Assembly: GCA_037447435.1 (NCBI GenBank)
Contig: JBBIGR010000002.1
Span: 160,001 to 224,000 of the forward strand
DNA length: 64,000 bases
Origin: Fibrobacteria bacterium
GTDB lineage: Bacteria; Fibrobacterota; Chitinivibrionia; Chitinivibrionales; FEN-1185
Reading direction: 5' to 3'
This document shows positions 58,125 through 64,000 of this stretch, piece after piece. The notes beneath the pieces were generated by a model. The model was not told where the DNA came from. It did no database searches and worked only from the letters and a program-made list of their open reading frames with translations. The first letter of the stretch is position 1, and each line of letters starts with the position of its first letter. Made by a program: the position numbers and the translations under genes.

Positions 58125-59281
58125 GACCGCTTGTCTAGAATTCGTTCTATTGCGAGACAAATTTCTTGGGAAGGGATTTTGTTTCCCAATTTTTCGCGCA
58201 ATGTCCCCAAAGTCCGAAACGTGCCCCGGTAGACCTGCGGAGAATCGACGTACTCTGAAATTGATTGTGCAATTCCCAAAGCGGACGCTTCATCCTGAAT
58301 CAATTCCGGTACTATTTTTTCCGACGCAACGATGTTGGGCAAGCCGATATACGGCAGGGTTATCATCCGTTTCAATAAAGCATACGTCAAGCGCGACGTT
58401 TTATAGCAAACGACCATCGGCACCCGGCACAACGCGGTTTGCAGCGTTGCCGTACCGGACGTGACCATTGCGATATCGCTTTTTTGGAGAATGTCGACCA
58501 AGGGCTCATCGGTAAGAACGATGCTTTCCGCATATTTATCGGTAAACTCACGGCAGGCATTTTCAAAAAGGGTTTTCGGTAATCCCGGGCATTTGGAAAC
58601 AATAATTTGAAAAAGCGGATATTTTTGTTTCAAAATCATGCAGGCGTCCATCATCGGGCCGAGCAGTTGCTTGATTTCCTGGACCCTGCTGCCGGGAACA
58701 ACCGCGCAGCGGATGCGGGAATTCCGGTCGAAACCGGTTGGTTCGCTCCGTGTAACGGCTTGGTCTATTTTTTTGTCAAGGGCTTCGGCGAGCGGATGCC
58801 CGACAAATTCCACCGGAGCGGCATACCGGTTGAAATAAGCGACTTCGAACGGAAACACCACGCCGATGAAAGATGCGTATTTGCCAAGTATCTTGGCCCG
58901 TTTTTTCTTCCACGCCCAAACCTGCGGAACTATGTACCAAACAACCGGTATTCCGCGTTTATGCGCTTCTTTCATAAGAGGAATATTAAAGCCGGGATAA
59001 TCCACACAGACCAGGACGTCGGGTTTGGTGTCGCTGAGCACCTTGATCAAAGTAGCCTTTGCTCTCAGGAAAAACGGCAAATGCGAAACGACCTCGACCA
59101 GGCCCATTCTATTGAACGGTTCGAACGGCATGAGTTGTTTAAATCCGGCAGCGACCATATGCGGTCCGCCGATTCCGAAGACATTCGCGTCGGGTTGTTT
59201 TTTGAGAATCCGGGACACGACAAGAGATGCGTGTTCGTCGCCCGATACATCGCCCGCAATGAACATGATGGAACGAGGCAT
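58121..59281 (-). CDS. lpxB: Lipid-A-disaccharide synthase
   Basis: IAGDVSGD, GIGGPHM, MGLVEV, DYPGFN, PQVWAW, FPFE, FVGHPL, PGSR..E, SGTATL and LPNI. Confidence 0.96.
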   Translation of the reverse strand: MPRSIMFIAGDVSGDEHASLVVSRILKKQPDANVFGIGGPHMVAAGFKQLMPFEPFNRMGLVEVVSHLPFFLRAKATLIKVLSDTKPDVLVCVDYPGFNIPLMKEAHKRGIPVVWYIVPQVWAWKKKRAKILGKYASFIGVVFPFEVAYFNRYAAPVEFVGHPLAEALDKKIDQAVTRSEPTGFDRNSRIRCAVVPGSRVQEIKQLLGPMMDACMILKQKYPLFQIIVSKCPGLPKTLFENACREFTDKYAESIVLTDEPLVDILQKSDIAMVTSGTATLQTALCRVPMVVCYKTSRLTYALLKRMITLPYIGLPNIVASEKIVPELIQDEASALGIAQSISEYVDSPQVYRGTFRTLGTLREKLGNKIPSQEICLAIERILDKRS

Positions 59282-59286
59282 AGGAA

Positions 59287-60369
59287 TTAAAACAATTCCG
59301 CGGGGAATTTTTTATCTTTCATCATGCCGAGATATTTTTTCAAATCCGGCAATAGCGGCTTTGCAATCGCAAGCACGGCATCGGGCGTTACGACCAATAC
59401 CGTATCGCTGAGACCGATCGAAGCAACTACCTTATTTGAAGAATTGAAAATGATTGAGTTATTGCAGTCTTGTTCCAACACGCTTTGCCCAACGGCTACG
59501 GAGTTTTTTGCGTTTTTCGCATGGATTCTGGCAATCGATTCCCATGACCCAATATCGTCCCAGAAAAAATCCCCGCATACCGCGGATATCTTTTTCGATT
59601 TTTCCATGATACCGAAATCTATGGATTCCTTGATGCATTGCGAATAAAAACGATCAATTGCCGCCTTTGAAAAACCGGCCTTTTCCACCGCAGTGATTTG
59701 GTCGAATAATTCGGGCATATGCGTTTCGAATTCACGCAGAATGACCGATGTTTTCCATACGAACATGCCGCTGTTCCATAAATATTCTTTGGACTTATAA
59801 TATTTTTGCGCAACGGGCAACGACGGTTTTTCGACGAATCGTTTTACCGAAAAGCAAGAAATGCCTCCCTTTTCGCAAAGCGGTTTGCCGATATTGATAT
59901 AGCCGTATCCCACGTCGGGACGCGAAGGCCGGATGCCGAAGACGACAAGAGAATCGTTTTCCCGGGCAACCGAAGCGGCAACCTTGACCGCATTTACAAA
60001 GGATTTAACCGGCCGTATCGCGTGATCGGCCGATACGACGACCATGATCGCCTCGCCGTACCGTTTTCGTATCCATGCTGCGCCCAAACCCACTGCCGGG
60101 GCGGTGTTTTTCCCGACCGGTTCCACAATGCAATCGTACGAGTTGGATTTTCCCAGGGCTTTTTTCATTGCCTTGGCGCAGTCGCTGCCGGTAATCACCA
60201 GCGGTTTGGCGTTCCGTACATTGCAAAGCGGCATTACCCGCAACAATGTTTCTTCGATCATGGTTTTGGATCCCAATAAAGGAAGAACCTGTTTAGGCCT
60301 TGACGATCGGGACAATGGCCAAAAACGTTCGCCTTTGCCGCCTGCCATAATCAGTGGAATGGTTATCAT
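59287..60369 (-). CDS. manC: Mannose-1-phosphate guanylyltransferase
   Basis: IMAGGKGERFWPLSR..RPKQ, EPVGKNTAPA, ADH.I, GYGYI, FVEKP, WNSGMF, SIDFGIME and WDDIGSW. Confidence 0.93.
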   Translation of the reverse strand: MITIPLIMAGGKGERFWPLSRSSRPKQVLPLLGSKTMIEETLLRVMPLCNVRNAKPLVITGSDCAKAMKKALGKSNSYDCIVEPVGKNTAPAVGLGAAWIRKRYGEAIMVVVSADHAIRPVKSFVNAVKVAASVARENDSLVVFGIRPSRPDVGYGYINIGKPLCEKGGISCFSVKRFVEKPSLPVAQKYYKSKEYLWNSGMFVWKTSVILREFETHMPELFDQITAVEKAGFSKAAIDRFYSQCIKESIDFGIMEKSKKISAVCGDFFWDDIGSWESIARIHAKNAKNSVAVGQSVLEQDCNNSIIFNSSNKVVASIGLSDTVLVVTPDAVLAIAKPLLPDLKKYLGMMKDKKFPAELF

Positions 60370-60371
60370 TA

Positions 60372-61241
60372 TTACGATCCTGAAATTGAGGAGCTCTTTA
60401 CTTTTTCCAGTTTTTCCAAAAGGCTTTCGATGGCGCCGTACGGAACTTTGGGATTCCCGACCTCGGATTTGCTTTGATGGCCGTTATGAAAATCGGAGCC
60501 GCCGGTAAAAGCGAGATTATGTTTTTTACAATATTGCATATAATAGCGCTCCATGGCGCCGATGTGTTCCGAATGGAACACTTCGATTCCCATGAGGCCT
60601 TCGCGAATGAATTGCGGAATCCGTTCGTCGACTTTAGTGACGCCGGGATGGGCAAGCACGGGAACGCCGCCCGCATTGCGGATAAGCTGAAAAACCTCTT
60701 CGGGATGCATGGATAATTTTTCAACATAGGCGGGAGACTCGTAGCCGATGAATTTATCGAATGCTTCGCGGAAAGAATATACTAATTCTTCTTTAAGTAA
60801 CGCTGCCGCTATATGCGGTCTTCCAATGGCCGCACCGCCGGCAATATTCAATACGGTTTCGAATCGAAGGTCGATTCCTTGTGCATTGAGATTTTCAACG
60901 ATTTTTTCGGCCCTGGCGTATCGGGCCTTTTTTAATTCTGCGAGCTTGGCAATAAGATGTGCGTTATGAATATCCATATAATATCCGAGGATATGGATAT
61001 CCGCTCCAGCAATTTCACTTGAAAGTTCTACCCCAGGAATCACTTCAACGTCGAGCTTTGCACCAAGTTCCTGAGCAAGAGGATACGCATCTATACAATC
61101 GTGATCGGTTATCGAAATCGTTTTAAGTTTCTTGGCCGCAGCCATTTCAACGATTTCCTCTACAGCATGCGTTCCGTCTGAAAACTTTGTATGAATGTGG
61201 AGATCTACATACTTTTTGCCTGTAATTAATTCTCGAAACAT
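60372..61241 (-). CDS. PHP-domain phosphoesterase (YciV/TrpH-like)
   Basis: [36 protein letters not shown] and GGSDFH. Confidence 0.92.
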   Translation of the reverse strand: MFRELITGKKYVDLHIHTKFSDGTHAVEEIVEMAAAKKLKTISITDHDCIDAYPLAQELGAKLDVEVIPGVELSSEIAGADIHILGYYMDIHNAHLIAKLAELKKARYARAEKIVENLNAQGIDLRFETVLNIAGGAAIGRPHIAAALLKEELVYSFREAFDKFIGYESPAYVEKLSMHPEEVFQLIRNAGGVPVLAHPGVTKVDERIPQFIREGLMGIEVFHSEHIGAMERYYMQYCKKHNLAFTGGSDFHNGHQSKSEVGNPKVPYGAIESLLEKLEKVKSSSISGS

Positions 61242-61367
61242 TGTCCTAATGAGGGTGACTGGTTTATATAGAATTGTATAAAATAACCGAAAATGATTTT
61301 AAACGTCAAGAATAAAGTGCACTTTCGTCTTTTATACTAAAACCGGATGATTTACTCGCAAGAAAAA

Positions 61368-64000
61368 TCACTTATGTTTTCGGATGAAATTCCGCAAATT
61401 CGAAATTTGCAAGAGTTCCCACGACGGGCCGGGCAGGGTTTCTTCGAGGTTGACCAAGTACATTTCCGCGATTTCCCACTGCTGCGATTGAATCGCCTTT
61501 TGCGCGAAGAAGAGCTGATAGCCGATATCGTCTTCTCCCGGATACATGGAATTCCAGAATTCCCGCAGCTCGTCGTCGGAAACCATTCCCAAATAATATT
61601 TCGCGATCATACGCGGCACGATGAAGGGATGATTGTTTTTTACGACGTCGTCGAAAATCGCCCTGGGTTTTTCTTCACTTGAGGTAAATTGCGCCAGTTC
61701 GCCCATTTTTAACCGGGCAAACCACTTGGTGGACAGCGATTGCGGACAATCGTCGAAAATTTTCCGATACGTCGTAATCGCATCCGTAAGGTTGGCGTCG
61801 TATCGGTAAATCGCGGCAAGTTCCATCCAGGCCTGCCAAAGCGCCTCGGACGGTACATACGAGGCGATGCATTGATTCAGCAGGTCTATGGCCTGATTTT
61901 TTTGCACTTTCGCCAAATACAATCTGGCCAAGTTGACCCGGGCTTGGGATAGTATTTCATTGTCCGCGGCATGCAGTTTGACAATGGTTTGCCCGACGTC
62001 TATCGCCGCGTCAACTTCCTCGTTGTCCTGATAGCCGTTCATGATTTGCAAATGCACTTTTCCCAAAAACCTGGAGAATTTCGGATACGTTTCCGTCATG
62101 TACACAATTTTGTTCTGCGCGACCTGCTGCTGATTGCGTGCCAAAAGGTCAAGAGACTTTTGCGCCATGCAAATCATTGCTGCGGAAAAAACCGGATGAA
62201 TGCTCGACGCATTGCCGATGGCGAAATACGCGCTGTCGGCCGAGGACGATTCATGCATGCGGTCAAGAAGCACGGCTTTTAAAAACAGTTTTTTAAACTC
62301 CGTGTTCTGGTCCACGTTTTTGAGCGCATCGTCGCCAAGCGTTTGTTTCGCTTTATCGTACCGGCCAAGGCGAATCCAGCATTCAGCTATACGAGTAAGA
62401 ATTTCCTTCGATATGGGAGACGAGGGAAAATCGAGCATCAGTTCCCGATATTCGTCTATTGCCGACGAAAAATCGCCGCGTTCCAATAAGCGGTCGGCGA
62501 TGAGCGTCGGGGACGGCAATTCGGGTATCGCATACCGGTACACCTGGACATTGTTGATCGCGCATTTCGAACCGTTCACAAAGAAACCAAGCCCCTGATG
62601 GTCCTTGCCGATCGGCGGAAACAGGTCGCTTACTTTAGAAATGAGAATATCGTTGATTTTGAACGAAACGACATTTTCCTTTCTTTCCACCGATACGTGG
62701 AAACGTTTTAACGGCGGCAAAGAAAGGGTATTGTACTCGGAGAATAAAAACGATTGTCCCGGCATCGTCAAACCGCATTCGGCATTAGGCCCTCTGAATA
62801 AATGAAAACCGTATCCCGAATCGGGTTCGTTGCCGTATAAGAAAAAAGAAAAGTTGTAAAAGCTGTTGTCCAGAGTGCGCACGTCGAATTCGACCCGCGC
62901 GTCGCGGGTTATCGGCCTGTCGAGCCGGACAAACGACGGTCCGGCCGGCGAATTAAGCTCGCCGTTTTTTACCACCCAGCCCGACACCTTGTCGGATTGG
63001 CCCGGATACTGCGACCATTCGTCGCCGATGGCAATCCCGTTGAAATGTTTCGTGTACATGAGCTGCCAATACGGTTTTTCCTTTTTACTTTGCACATACG
63101 ATGAATAAATCAAAAAAGCGCAGAACAGCGCGATGAGCGCCGATATCGCCAGCGCTGGCCAATGCCTGCGGACAAGATGCCTTGCCTTTGAAAGAATGGA
63201 CGGCGGATTCGCCAGTACCTGCTCGCCCTTTTGATATCTTCGTATGTCAAGAGCCAGTTCCTCCATGGTCTGATACCGGCCTTCGGGTTCCTTATGCATG
63301 GCCTTCAGGGTAATGGCCTCTATTTCGACCGGAAGCCACATGACGAGTTTTCGCGGCGGAATGGGATTTGCTTCGATCACGTTCATGGTGGTTTGATGGA
63401 TCGAACGCGGATCGAGGTAGGGATTTTTAAATGTCAACATTTCGTACAGCATGATCCCCACGGAACAAATGTCGCTTCGGGCATCGGAGCTTTTGCCGAA
63501 CAATCGTTCCGGCGCCATGTATGCGGGCGACCCCATGATTTCGCCGGTTTTCGTCAGGGTCCCTTCATCGCTTTCCAATGCCTTGGCAAGACCGAAATCG
63601 ATGAGCACCGGCGTTGTCGGATCGCGCATAATCACGTTATTGAGCTTGAGGTCCCGATGCACGATTTTCTGATGATGCGCGTACGAAAGCGCATCGGCAA
63701 GTTTTGCCGTGATTTCGAGCACGTCGATGAGTTTTGGTTTCTGGAAATTAAGGTAATAATAAAGATTGACGCCCGGGATGTAATCCATTGCTAAAAAGTA
63801 AACGTTATTTTCCACCGCGACTTCGTGGATGTTGACGATATTGGGGTGATTGAGTTTTGCGACCGCATGCGCTTCGGATAAAAACCTGTCCACGAACCGC
63901 CGGTTTATGGTGATGTTTGCCGGTAAAACCTTGAGCGCGACTTCACGGTCCAGATCGAGCTGCAAGGCTTTGTATACCACTGCCATGCCGCCCCGGTCGA
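61368..64000 (-). CDS. Hanks-type Ser/Thr protein kinase with a TM helix, beta-sandwich domain and TPR repeats (5' end beyond the window)
   Basis: The frame is open to the window end (DRGGMAVVYKA); VALK, HRDLKLNN, DFGLAK and GSPAYMAPE; TM WPALAISALIALFCAFLIY. Confidence 0.93.
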   Translation of the reverse strand, partial: DRGGMAVVYKALQLDLDREVALKVLPANITINRRFVDRFLSEAHAVAKLNHPNIVNIHEVAVENNVYFLAMDYIPGVNLYYYLNFQKPKLIDVLEITAKLADALSYAHHQKIVHRDLKLNNVIMRDPTTPVLIDFGLAKALESDEGTLTKTGEIMGSPAYMAPERLFGKSSDARSDICSVGIMLYEMLTFKNPYLDPRSIHQTTMNVIEANPIPPRKLVMWLPVEIEAITLKAMHKEPEGRYQTMEELALDIRRYQKGEQVLANPPSILSKARHLVRRHWPALAISALIALFCAFLIYSSYVQSKKEKPYWQLMYTKHFNGIAIGDEWSQYPGQSDKVSGWVVKNGELNSPAGPSFVRLDRPITRDARVEFDVRTLDNSFYNFSFFLYGNEPDSGYGFHLFRGPNAECGLTMPGQSFLFSEYNTLSLPPLKRFHVSVERKENVVSFKINDILISKVSDLFPPIGKDHQGLGFFVNGSKCAINNVQVYRYAIPELPSPTLIADRLLERGDFSSAIDEYRELMLDFPSSPISKEILTRIAECWIRLGRYDKAKQTLGDDALKNVDQNTEFKKLFLKAVLLDRMHESSSADSAYFAIGNASSIHPVFSAAMICMAQKSLDLLARNQQQVAQNKIVYMTETYPKFSRFLGKVHLQIMNGYQDNEEVDAAIDVGQTIVKLHAADNEILSQARVNLARLYLAKVQKNQAIDLLNQCIASYVPSEALWQAWMELAAIYRYDANLTDAITTYRKIFDDCPQSLSTKWFARLKMGELAQFTSSEEKPRAIFDDVVKNNHPFIVPRMIAKYYLGMVSDDELREFWNSMYPGEDDIGYQLFFAQKAIQSQQWEIAEMYLVNLEETLPGPSWELLQISNLRNFIRKHK

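Noticed and set aside
1..64000. CRISPR arrays, tRNA/rRNA, transposases, integrases, phage or defence genes
   Set aside because: I saw no regularly spaced repeats, RNA-gene signatures or matching protein motifs. This was by eye only; tRNAscan, Infernal and CRISPR finders were not run.

Overview
This 64 kb window is gene-dense bacterial chromosome with about 48 CDS and no rRNA, tRNA, CRISPR array, prophage or transposase that I could see. The T9SS-like sorting tails and lineage-style secreted proteins suggest an anaerobic Gram-negative Fibrobacterota/Chitinivibrionia-like organism (inference). In order it holds: (1) the end of a putative lipid-tailoring operon with two cobalamin-binding radical SAM enzymes, an LpxL-like acyltransferase and a phytoene-desaturase-like flavoprotein; (2) alaA, an SRPBCC protein, an M16C peptidase and ribD-ribE-ribBA-ribH-nusB; (3) an atypical polysaccharide export locus (sigma2-like membrane protein, wza, MinD/FlhG, ExeA-like ATPase, extended wzc, SLBB-FecR-LCP fusion, rmlD, rmlB); (4) a 17 kb AraC-linked glucuronide utilisation locus with GH2, a sorting-domain-only protein, GH3, an unknown beta-barrel, exuT, a cupin, gnd, uxaC, uxuB, gntK, a LarA-family epimerase and GH79; (5) a frameshifted GH55-like gene, a FecR protein, pilT, an M24 peptidase and an acidic repeat TPR protein; (6) envelope genes (rfaE2, ompA, an NTP-transferase/PLP fusion, waaF, lpxB, manC), a PHP hydrolase and a 5'-truncated Ser/Thr kinase. 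The best candidate novel system is block 4. It implies glucuronate to fructuronate to mannonate to gluconate to 6-phosphogluconate to the pentose phosphate pathway, bypassing UxuA/KDG. All calls come from motif recognition by eye; no database searches were run.
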